Source: Neophaeotheca triangularis (Eukaryota). Taken from it: a stretch of DNA of 64,000 nucleotides. Every line of letters begins with the position of its first letter. The stretch's first letter is position 1. Position numbers and translations under genes: made by a program. The notes beneath the pieces are model-generated. The model ran no database searches, was not told the origin of the DNA, and worked only from the letters and a program-made list of their open reading frames with translations. Positions 47,301-57,241 of this stretch are shown in pieces. The stretch spans positions 1 through 64,000 of the forward strand of contig BAAIJX010000013.1 in NCBI GenBank assembly GCA_054600435.1, given 5' to 3'.

Positions 47301-47356
47301 GATAGCGATCGCGAGTTTGGTGCGGGACATGGCGTTTCCATAGATTCGCGCGACAT
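44339..47356 (-). CDS. ASPM/abnormal-spindle-like calmodulin-binding protein (calponin-homology region plus IQ motifs)
   Basis: IENIAVDLRDGILL..LKIPCPGRVQKVYNVSIA..IVDGHREKTLSLLW (ASPM-type CH), NLTSAFANGRA, and C-terminal IQ-like motifs VQRAYR, VQRAWR and FQVLARGW. Confidence 0.85.
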   Translation of the reverse strand: MSRESMETPCPAPNSRSLSWESYNGITSNSILPDDTETGAIDYTRAVQNEFRNARPRRRQSLARNERRNAAVTIFEDVLEDQQLDVKTAAQRQQQGPGRTLLGKPAQRIRRPNGGATAPGNISQSSQSVDHSGNTAPIAPSRARLVAQQPSLEHSSQSSKQQGGDRTIAKEARRRTIFVPSDDTTIMTIHPGHGADTQALNDTFQIPELQGPKPQARPQENMLARKPRMSRAQPAQKVPLKQRRDASINKAAIDRPGDGDGKENMPPKPVQEAALRRKGLSEKGTDRIVKAHEPNLKRPRPSAAASKGRPTAPVPAAASFSPPPQARSSQLKPHDASSNPPKPTTKKPAVWQSQQQNSRKRVRKSASPPPRSNFAQWRNTQSLASMRQSRLSLSANSKLARYPVISEDASQPALYEDSWLSHQEVALTEVINEIFHQSRKSAHDIGLAGTELRAQMMAEYHQPEVTTMYKRLQASIACGSLGRPKESASTVDLTHDLGLRRRYLGTLLDSYKEEHFAVVAEVVVGRQINNSAGKQPSILEASQALLDSRASRRDLTGFLETFFVRVEDNELLDGTISEPTARWQKTMLRTYMLVWLLDQTKTAGLVQGCLFKRNSTHKSSAAVLQTLCSFLNPTVGDPTRTLRQYDYELIQHQDPLEEVDYRIENIAVDLRDGILLAGLVDVLLLSESDMSQQLSQHLKIPCPGRVQKVYNVSIAIEALRGQEEAFARNIAPEDIVDGHREKTLSLLWSLVSLWGLDRLIDWTDLSRDLDRTKASLEGSALSHNECWADEAGNHDEALLHEWAAAHCHHKGIDLPNLTSAFANGRAYAAIIGTFSSYLPTPTPHPHQSDSTPQPTQLQTHLSLLGCSTAFATQLSATHRPTIPSRTTTITNLAFLASRLLPLAKHHAAAITVQRAYRSRLARITISQRVSLMRMASAAAEVVQARNRKVWAVEVVQRAWRRVLAARIAGLEDEARRFQVLARGWFVRRSVGRVVREKAARERLYW

Positions 47357-47723
47357 CTTCCTGGAATTTGTGATGTCGATGGAGAGCGAATGGTATGTCT
47401 GCTAATGTTCCTTGTCTTCGAAGATGCTAAGCCATAACGCGCTTGGGAGGACATGAAGTGGTTGTTTATGCAGCTGGTTGTCATGGCAACATCAATATTT
47501 ATGCACCCTCTCCAACGCCTACATATTCCCGTATGTCGACCCCTGACCTTGACCTTCAAACAAATGGCAAAGCCTCATCTACACCATGTTAAAGTACGCT
47601 CGAAGGACATGGTATAATTACAATAATGCAGACTCCAAGCCCCAATCATCTCTCTTCACTCCACATCTTTCAACTGCCCAACTCCAACCCTAACACCAAC
47701 CCCCGCCCCTCCCACCCCGCCAG

Positions 47724-48035
47724 CTACCTCTCAGTCTTCGCCTTCCCCTCAGCCTCCTCTTTACTAATCTTCTGCTCCTCCTTCTTCCACCGGCTCATCG
47801 CATCCAGCTTCTCCCCAGCTTCCTCCGGGCTAGGAGGCTTCGCTGTTGACCCTCCCTTGCTTCCCTTTGATTTGGCAGCCTTGTTGCTCGATTTCGCCTC
47901 ATCGGGCAGAGCGTTGGCGCCGACAAGACGCGGAGGTGTAGTGGTCAGGCTTCTCCGGAGAGCGGGTAGTTGATGACAGGCGGGAGTTCGTAGCGACGTT
48001 CTCAGAGCACTGGACGCGAGGTTGAGGGACGGCAT
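47724..48035 (-). CDS. Small hypothetical protein (103 aa) with a probable mitochondrial presequence
   Basis: Acid-free Arg/Ser/Leu-rich N-terminus (..LRRSLTTTPPRL) and a charged helical tail. CA-rich leader and G-rich 3' end as in neighbouring genes. Confidence 0.55.
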   Translation of the reverse strand: MPSLNLASSALRTSLRTPACHQLPALRRSLTTTPPRLVGANALPDEAKSSNKAAKSKGSKGGSTAKPPSPEEAGEKLDAMSRWKKEEQKISKEEAEGKAKTER

Positions 48036-48673
48036 CGTAGATGTAGTTTGAGAGATGTTGGTAGTTGATGCCGTTGCTTCTATTGTATGGCGACAGAAGG
48101 TACCTAGATATGGCTGTGGATGTAATTGACGTCTCCCTATCCAGGCATTCTCCTCCCACTGTCATCGCATACGGTCTGCTTACCTACTCACCGTCTCATG
48201 ATTCCAATGTTTTCAAATCCATAACGGTGAGGTCATCCATTTAGACTCTGAGGTGGAGCGAGACGAAGATCGCGCTGGCTTTTTGGATGCTCCGACTCAA
48301 ATTTCTCCATCCAAGGACCACGGATGGCCGCTTTGCACTTCCAGGCGACACCGGACATTCCTATTGCCCCAAGTGCTCAATTAATGCCTGACCTAGATCG
48401 CAGTCGTTACCCTTTGAGCAATTACGACGGCATGGCGACCTTGTAACACGATATCGTCGAAACGGGATGTCCACGCTGTACCTCATGGTCCCGTCCTCAA
48501 TATCATGATGTCATGCATCGCCAATTATGGGCTGCCTCATTTCATTATCTACCTAGATTCTGCCTTTTCACAAAAGGAGGAGTTAACAAACAACGTTCGA
48601 ATAGATAGAGGAAAAGAGAGGAAGAAGATAATCCACCTCTGCTACCCCTAAACCCCAATCACACATCCCAGCC

Positions 48674-49117
48674 ATGTCCCCTTTACCCTCACCCTCTCCC
48701 GCTCTCGCTCCCCCTCAACCCCCCCAAGACCAAGACCAAGACCACGACCCCTACACCCAAAAAGCCCTCGCCCACCGCAAACCCTGCACCCTCTGCCACA
48801 CCCCGCGCGACGTGCTCGTGCGCTGTCAAATCGACGCAACGGGGAAATGGCACTTTGTGTGCACGACGGGCGGGTGTTGGAAAAAGGTCAGTGGCGGGGT
48901 GATTGATGGCGATGGCGGTGCGGGACGCGAGTGCTATCGCTATGGGGGCATGTGGAAGAATAAGGTGGCGGGGGTTAGTGCTAAGAAGCCTAAGAAGAAG
49001 AAGAAGGGGAAGGGGGGCAAGGGGAAAAAGGGGGAGGAGGGGAAGAAGAAGGTTGAGGGGGGGAGTGAGGGTGATGGGGTTGAAGTGTCTGGTGGGGATG
49101 ATGGCAAGGATGAGTAG
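48674..49117 (+). CDS. Small fungal hypothetical protein (147 aa) with a Cys-rich core and a Lys-rich tail
   Basis: KPCTLCHTPRDVLVRCQID..WHFVC..CWK..YRYGGMWKNK, a good ATG context and gene-like composition. Confidence 0.7.
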   Translation: MSPLPSPSPALAPPQPPQDQDQDHDPYTQKALAHRKPCTLCHTPRDVLVRCQIDATGKWHFVCTTGGCWKKVSGGVIDGDGGAGRECYRYGGMWKNKVAGVSAKKPKKKKKGKGGKGKKGEEGKKKVEGGSEGDGVEVSGGDDGKDE

Positions 49118-49373
49118 TGGTGTGAAAGTTGATCAGTCACCCGAAAGTGTCGACAGTTGAATTACTTTCTTGAAGCTGCTGGCATTTTCTCAAGTATCTG
49201 CTCACTATCTATGCCGACATCTGTCTACGAAAGGAAACTCCCAAACAAGCAATGCCGAAGATTTAAAAACACTTCCCGGGTATAATGCTGGAATATCAAA
49301 ACCAAAAAGCCATTCCGCCGCCACAGCCCCAGCCCTTCGGAAACAGAGGGACCCTGCTTCTCATCCTCACCGG

Positions 49374-52300
49374 TCAAACCCCAGAGTACACCGAATCCTC
49401 CAGCCAAGCATCGCGATCCGCCGGCTTCCTCCCTCTCGCCGTCGAGCGCGTACTCCACGAACGAACCAACTCGCCACCCTTGGCAAACAAATGTCGCAAC
49501 TTCTCCCCGAACCGCTTGATGCGAAACTCGGCGCGACCCATCCCAACACCATCGTGGGTGTTGGCAGCAGCACTGCGAGCCCCGATGCGGTCGTCCATGA
49601 AAGCGGCGGCGTCGTAAGTGGCATCGAAAGAACGGCAGCGGTCGAGGTGGTGCTTGTCCTTGTCGCGCATTTTGCCTTTGAGCAGGGTTTTGCGCTTGCG
49701 GGGGTTGTTGCTGTTGGCGTGACCGTGGTATTTGCCGTCGCGCTCGTGGTCTGAGCTGTTATCTGAGAAGAAGGAGCGGACTTCGTCGAGGGTGAAGTTC
49801 GCTGGTGGTGTCAAGCCGGTGGATGGGTAGCGCTCGCCGGGAATGTGCGGGACATCGTCACTTGCGCGGAAACCGGGCGAGGTGGGTAGGCTTCGGCAGG
49901 TGGTATTGAGGGTTGCTTTGGTGATGTCGTCGTTTGGCTGATTGTTGTGCTCGCGACGAAGACCCATCTTCTTGGAGATGGAGCCAATGATGGAGAGTTT
50001 GGATTGCTTACGCTTGTGATTGCTGGGTACACCAGTAAGTTGCTCGGTGGTGACGGATGCAGTGCGTTCAAGAGAAAGGCGTATAGACCCGATATCTATA
50101 CCTTGCGTAGTAGCAGTTATCTCGCCGCGGCTGGTCAGATCTAAAGACCTAGTTCCTCGAGTCGTACCACCAGTGACCGAATCGCGGTAGTATGCTTTCG
50201 AGGGCACGCTGAGATCCATCTCCACCTTCGAACCAGCCCAAGGATAGTTCTCATCGAGGTTCCAAGGACGACTACTGGGGGAAGACAGCACCAGAGACCG
50301 CTTCGAGCGAGCGATGGGGTTCGACTCGGGAGGCAGCAGGGAGTTGACCTCTTCAATCGTAGCAGGAGAGCGCGTGCGCATCAGAGCGGACGCTGGACGA
50401 GCTGGCGCACCAAGGTCCGACGGCGCTGACACTGAGCCAGTGAGTGCTTGTCTAGCTTCGGCAGAGGTGATGGGTGAAACTCGACCGGTGGAGACAGAAC
50501 CGGGCAGATCAGGAAGGTCTTTGTTGAGCGTCGGTGGGCGTATAGCAACGAAAGGTCCAATCGAGTCGTGCGTACCATTAAGGACAATCTCCTCGGCCCT
50601 CTCAGCCAGAGTGCGAAAGCCCGCCGAAGTGCGGTTCGAAAGGACTGTACCGGGTCGAGAAAGCACTACTTCGCCTCCATGGCCAAGGTGCTGGATGTCT
50701 TCGATGGTATGTTGGATCTCCCCTTCTGCGAGGATACTGTCGAGGTGCAATTTGCGAAGAGATGGCAGCAACTCCGAAAGCCGCTCGCTCAGACCGTTGA
50801 CGGATGGAATGGAGAGGCGGTTGACTTGAGTAGCAACTTGAAGCAGGTCCTCTGGAGAAAGAGGTCGGCTGGAAGAAGACTGCAGCTCGTTTGATTCCTT
50901 GTCTTGATCCTCCTCAGACCGGTTGGAAGACGGTTGACCTTCCCCGTCAACTTTTTCTTGATCTTGATCCTGATCCGGCTCTTCGCCTTCGCCTTCCAGA
51001 AACTCAAACTCCTCGGGAGCATCGAAAAAACTCATGTAGCGCTCTCTCAAAGGCTCCGTGCTAGCTGGTCGCTGAGGGGATGGGCAGCAGATGGCGGAGA
51101 AGTCACGGCGGCGGATGACGTCCATCGACTTGCTGGTCCGGCACTCAAGAGCGCCGTTCAGCTTGTCGATGAGATCCATATGGCTGAAGTTCAGAGATGG
51201 CAGGTCTCGAATCTCAGCGAGCGTGCGATTTGGATTGCGAGAACCACGCATGGCGCGGACCTCGTCACGGGATTTCTGCTGCTGATGACGGCGTTCTTGC
51301 ATGGCTTTGACGGCTGCGATGCGTGCAGGCAATGGAAACTGGAAGTCATTGGCAATGTCAGACTTGCGCTTCTGATCGGAAATGCTCATGTCCTCGACCG
51401 ATTCTTCTTTGAGGCCGGGCAAATGGGTGCTGGGATACTTGGCATGGCCGTGGAAACCGATACTAGAGAAACGGAGGTCTGTAGTGCTATCTCGGTCAGC
51501 GGGCGAGGTGTCAACCTCAGTGATGTGATCGAGTGGCGATGCCCTTCTGGATACGGTCTTTCGGTGGTTGGGCAGGACGTCGCTGGCAGAAAAGCTTTGG
51601 CGATGCTTCTCCATGCGCTTGTTGACGTGGAGAGGTGCCACTTGATCTTCGAAGGTAACGGATTGGCGAAGAGGTTTTGAATTAGTGGTGTTGAGTGCAG
51701 GCTTGGGTAGCGCAGGCTCATTCTTGCTAGGCGTAGCGCTGCCAGCACTACTAGAGATGCTGACAATCTGTGGCTTGCCGACGGTAATAGTAGTCTGAGG
51801 CATAGAGAAGCGGACTGCCACATCCGTCACCATGTCAGTGGTATTGACAGAAGTCTCCCCGATTTGGCTCAAGTCTGGCGGGAGAGAATAGCGATTTGTA
51901 TTCGTGTTGGTAGTATCAGTAACCGTCAATGATGGCTGCGGAAGCTGAACAGATTTTGAGTACCTGTTCGAGGCACGAGGAGTCGGCGGTGGCTTGTTCT
52001 CGTGCTCGCTCGGGAAGGTGCCAGGCATTTGCGAGTCACCCTTAGAAGGAGTGTCGTCAGAATGAGCGCCAATCTCTATGGTCTCGTCAATCCCCAGAGT
52101 CTGCGTGTGAAGAGGGCTAACTGCAGAGCTCCGTCGGACGACCTCATCGTCCAAGAGGGGACTGACGGGATCCTGCAGCTCTCTGCGTGGCTCCGGCGTC
52201 TTGTTCAGAGTCTTGGTCTCCCGGTGTTGAGTAGTGATGGTATCGGCGTCAAGCATGAACGGATCCTTGGTTTCCGTCTCGGTGGCATCGATCATGGCAG

Positions 52301-54384
52301 AGTCGTCCGGCATCGAGAAGCGCAAAGCGTAATCCATTCCAGAGCAACGCACTGCCGTGACAGAGGTGTCTGCAACGGACTCAGAAACAGAGGGCTGTTT
52401 ACCACGCTTGATGCTTGGAGGCGAGGAGGGTATGTCAGCGCTCTCTTCGGAATCTTCGTGAACGGCTGAAATTTCAATCTCGGTGAGCTCATCAGCAGCC
52501 CTGGCCGCAAGTTCCGGAGAATGCTGTCTCGTCTCGACCTTGAGCTCAGACTCCGTCAGCGTGCCCTCGATACTCTGAATACCAGAGTCGTTCATTCCTC
52601 CGCTCGAAGGACCCAGCTCGGCCTTCACCAATGCTCTCGTGAGATGTTGAGCGGGCACTGGCCCAGCATCGAGCTCAGGAACCTTAACCGGAGAGGCAGG
52701 GAGCTCAACGGGAGCTTCGAACTCTTCGACGAGCGTCAAGCGATCGGCAGCTAGCTCATGTATTTGCTGCTGATAAACGACAACGTTGTGCTGCTGTTGC
52801 TGCTGAGTCGGAGGCTGTTGTTGATGTTGCTGACGCGCTCGTTCGTGATCGGCATCCGCTTTCACTTGAGCTTCGACAGCGGCTTTGGACTCCAGCATCG
52901 CACGAACACGCTGCACGAAACCATTGGGAGGCACTGATGGATGGTGTGGCTCGATGTTTTCCTCCTCGAGAAGCTGCTTCTCCGACGCCTCAGCGTAGGC
53001 GATGTAGTGAGCGGGAAGCACGGGCTCACTGGTGGATTCAACAAGATCCACAAGGCTTGGATCGATGTAGGCTGGATCAACTTGAACCTGAATACCGGTC
53101 GAGTCCTTGGGCGTTGGCGGATTCGATGAAGTTGGGGCGGAACCTGATGATGGAGGCTCAGACGATAAACCCATGTCAGTCATAGGCGTGTCGGTACGTT
53201 GTGGGAGATGACGAGCCATCCTAGCAGCATTGTGGAACATGTTGTGAGCCATAGGATTTGCGTGAGCTGGTGGCGGAGGTCCACGATACGCCGGGTGCTG
53301 CATTGGATAGCCACTTGGATGATGCGTCGGCGGTGGAGGCCCGTATCCCTGGTAGTAAGGTATATGCGGAGGACGGTATGCTGGGTGCTGCAGCTGCATC
53401 CCAGGGTTTGATCGCATGTGACGAGGATGGTAGGCAGGGTAATGATTGGGATCAGTCGCCATGTTCGGTGGCATGTTCGGTGGATGCATAGCGCGCGGGG
53501 GTGGGCGAACATGAAGGAGTGCTGCGTCATGGCCATAGTCCGCACCGTAATCGCTGTTGTACGTCGGCATCGGAGGACGTGGCATTGGCATGCGGCGGAC
53601 CATGTTGGGCTGCTGTGGGACTGGTGGTACAGGAGGCGGCGCCTGAGTATAAGTCTCGCTGAAAGCAGGCGACGGCGATCGATAGCCAGGACGCTTCAAG
53701 CGAGTAGGGTAGACGTACGGCCCTCGCGTATCAGGCACCGATGGAGGTTGTCCCGGATGATGGCGAGGACCATGGCGCGGCTCATGTCCCTGGCTCTTCA
53801 AGCTCGTCACCGATCTAGGCTGGGGCAATCCACGTGGCGGTTGGGCGTTGCTCATGGAATACGAACGGCTGTCTCGTGCAGGGTTCGCAGTGGGAGGTGG
53901 ACTGGTCGAGGCTGGTCAGCTTGCTGAACTAAAGAGCAAACGTTGCACAACTTGGCTGAACATACGGTGGCATTGTCTGCATGCTTGTAAATGAGCCACG
54001 ACGGCTAGTAGATGTGGTATCGAACTCGCGGGTGTTCGAACTGACCCTCGACGTCTGAGAAGGGGCATAGTGATGACGACCCGGATGGCCTGGGACAGGA
54101 CCATGAGAGCTACCGGACAGCCTAGTAGGGTGGCCTCTCCGCTGATGAGCCCGGTCAGCTCCACCTGGCAATCGAGTCTTGTTGAAGGAAAGGGCGCCGA
54201 TGTCACCTGTGTCGGTGGAAGTCTTGAGCATGCTGAGTACGCCTGCATTGTTGAGCGTATCGGCACCGGCGGGCATGGGAGGCGGATGTGAACGGGCTGA
54301 GCGAGAGGCTCCTGTTGCTCCGGACATATTGCTAGCTCTGCTGTTTCGACCGCTCATGTTGGAAACGGGGTCGGTGGAAGGCAT
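49374..54384 (-). CDS. Large low-complexity (Pro/Ser-rich) hypothetical protein of about 1650 aa; exons 54384-53966, 53901-49374
   Basis: The 1493-aa ORF joins in frame to the upstream ORF (GVLSMLKTSTDTGDIGALSF) through intron 53965-53902 (GTATGT..CTGAC..CAG). It contains the conserved-looking block YPTRLKRPGYRSPSPA. Confidence 0.8.
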
Positions 54385-55217
54385 TGTGCCGCCTTTCAAA
54401 GCGTGTAGACCAAGCGAGTGTGTAGTTTGCGGTGAGTCCGCGTATTGGAGAGGCTATCCAATCGAGCCGTCCAAGAGATTTGACCGCCAGAGGTCTGGGA
54501 GAAAAGGGATGGAGGAACGAGAGTACTGAGCTGTGCGGTGTTGGAATAGGCGCTGATGTCTGTCGAGGACGGAAGGGCAGAGAGAGACGGGAGGGGGGGT
54601 CGTTACTGGAGAGAGGAAGGAAAAGATTGCTTTGGACAAGAGCCATCCGACGAGGCGTTGCTGCTGCTGCTGTATGAGGAGTGTTCCTGCTCAATGTCAG
54701 CGATGAAGGTCGAGGTCGCAGGCCCGGATCGCGGTCAACGTTGGAAGACGAAAGCTGAGCTGACGAAACGCAGACGCGACGGGAGGCAACATCTCCATTC
54801 GGTTAGTTGTTGCTAGCCACGAGGCAAGCACGTTGGGCTCACTTTCCGTGCATGTGCATCTAAGGTAGGTATGGCTCTTCCACGAGGCAAGCACGTTGTC
54901 AGGAAGCCGTTGCCGTGTTTAGGACCGGTACCGGCGCCGGCAGAAATGGGTCAAAAGGAGCATAGTAGTAGGTAGGTAGCTATGTACCTTAGTTGAATAG
55001 GTAAAGCTCACAATACACACCTGTACTGTCTTCACTGCACCTCCGTCTCCGCACTCGCAAAGCTGTTTTTAATAGGGTATTCGACGCCCACGCCAACGCC
55101 CCACCATGTCTTCTACGCAAACCACCGCCACCGTCACCGCCATACGCACGCTCATGCTCTTGCTGATGTTAATCTCCCAGGTTCGGTCTTCACAGGGTCG
55201 AGTTGAATGTCTCCACT

Positions 55218-56717
55218 CTACTGGCCTGCAGCCAGGGGTGCGGCACCTGTTTGACCAGCGGTAGCCTCTGTCTCTGCGGCTTTGCCCTCGATGTTGCCAC
55301 CGCTGGGCATGCCCTCGCCAGTGTACGGTTCGCCTGCAGGGATACTGCCATCGTCGCGAGCCCAGACCGGGGGCTTGGCCCACTGAGGATCTCTCCCTAG
55401 AAAAATGGTCAGTCGGCCGTCAGACAATCACCGCCCCGTACAGAAACCACTTACAGGGTCCATCGTCACTGTTCTCGCAGCCACCAGGGCACTCACAAGC
55501 CCCGCCAACAGACTTGGGCAAGTTCTCCTTGGGGATCTGCTCCAACAGCTCCTTCTGATACCCAGACCCAAGAACATGAATCTTGGAGACTGTGACGGGG
55601 TCGAGGAACTTCTTCACGACGCTGAAGGCGCCACTGAAACCCCAAGGCGTGTTGATGATGTACATCTTGCCGAGCCGCTCAGGGTAGTAGTTCTGGCTGA
55701 TGCCGCTAGCTTGCTGCACAAAACCGTACACCTGACCTATGCTGGTGAGTCCGACGCCCTTGAAGTCGAAGATGGTGCAGCAGGTTTCGAGGAGCTTGCC
55801 GTTCTTGCGGGAGCAGGCGGGCAGGCGAGGGTCAGCCATCTTCTCGTACTCGACCACGAGGTTTTGCAGCATGCGCTCGTCGTTGGTGATTTGGCGCATC
55901 TTCGCGAGGTCGATCTTGCCGTAAGCTTCTATGTAAATCGGGCGACCGTCCTAAGAATTGCAGTCGTCAATATTGAACAGGTCGTAACCTGTCTCACGTC
56001 GTCAAACCATACCTTGTCCGTCTTGTGATAGTACTGCGGGTAGTACGCAGCAATCTGCTCCCGCTCCTTGTAGTCAAAGCTCTTGACCAAGTTGTCCACA
56101 CCGCCTCCAAACTCGGCACGCCACTTTTCGCAATCAGTGAACCTGTAAGAGAGGTACATCAACACCATTGTCTCCTCCCATTCCCATGTCAAATCGGCGG
56201 GAACACCTACATCTTCTTAGCCAACCCAACATCAAACTTCCTCGCCCTCAAGAACCGCAACTGCAAATCACAAAAATTGTCAGCGCCAGAGAAACACTCG
56301 AAAACCCGAAACCTAAACCCGCAAACCCCATCCTCCATCTCCCGTCCACCCCTGTTCCATTCCCACCCAGCCCTCTCCTCCCCATCGCTCTCTCCTCTCT
56401 TCCCCCACCCCTCCTCCACGCCTCCCCCCTCTCCCCTCCCTTCCAAACCCCCCAAAGATCCCAGCAACGAATACAAAGGCTCGGGCTCAAAGAAAAAAAA
56501 AAAGGAAACCTACCAACGTCAAAGTATCCAATCTCTTCTTGTACCCCTCCTGCTCAAGCATAGCTCTCAACTGAAAAACCGCGGCATCCTGCTCCTTGGT
56601 CGTGTGACCTGGGTGGCCGGACTGAGAAGTGGGAGCGACAGTCGGGTAGTCGTAGTGGTCGTACTTGGGCTCGAGATTGGCGATTTGGGGTTGTGGGGCG
56701 TTGGTTGGGGGGCCCAT
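55218..56717 (-). CDS. SEC14: Sec14 phosphatidylinositol/phosphatidylcholine transfer protein (CRAL-TRIO); exons 56717-56514, 56260-56211, 56142-56013, 55950-55455, 55396-55218
   Basis: [57 protein letters not shown] and [13 protein letters not shown]. Four frame-consistent GT-AG introns. Confidence 0.95.
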
Positions 56718-57241
56718 GGTCGCTGCTTGGGTGTCCTTTTTCGGTGGGTGGGGATGGATATGGGAATGGGGTGTTGGATGACTGGTGGGTGTGTGGTGTA
56801 GAGATAGATGGGCGGGAATGGGAGGTGGAGGTGGGTGAGAGAGAAGGAACGGTGAAGGGGGTTGTTGCTTGAGGTGCTTGCTTGTCGGCTGGGTGAGGCG
56901 GCCTTGATGGTGGGGCGTCGAGCTGTGGCTGATGCTGGGCTGGCTTTCTCTGGGGCCTTGGCAAGAAGGGGTCCAGCCAGCCATTAGGAGGGCGACAAAT
57001 ATACATTTGAAGGTTAGGTAGACTCGACAACGTGCGCAGCATGTTACTCTCTTCGACAATGTCATGGATAGCACGATGATGCACGTTCGCGGGTAAACAC
57101 ACAGGACAGACTTCTCATATGTAGAGAGCACAAATAGGATGTCTCATTCACAATCAAACTATCTATTGTTGCCAGCGAAAGCACCAGTCCCAGGACTGTT
57201 AAGCACCTTTTCCTTTTGCCTGCTCGGCAGACCGATCGGGC

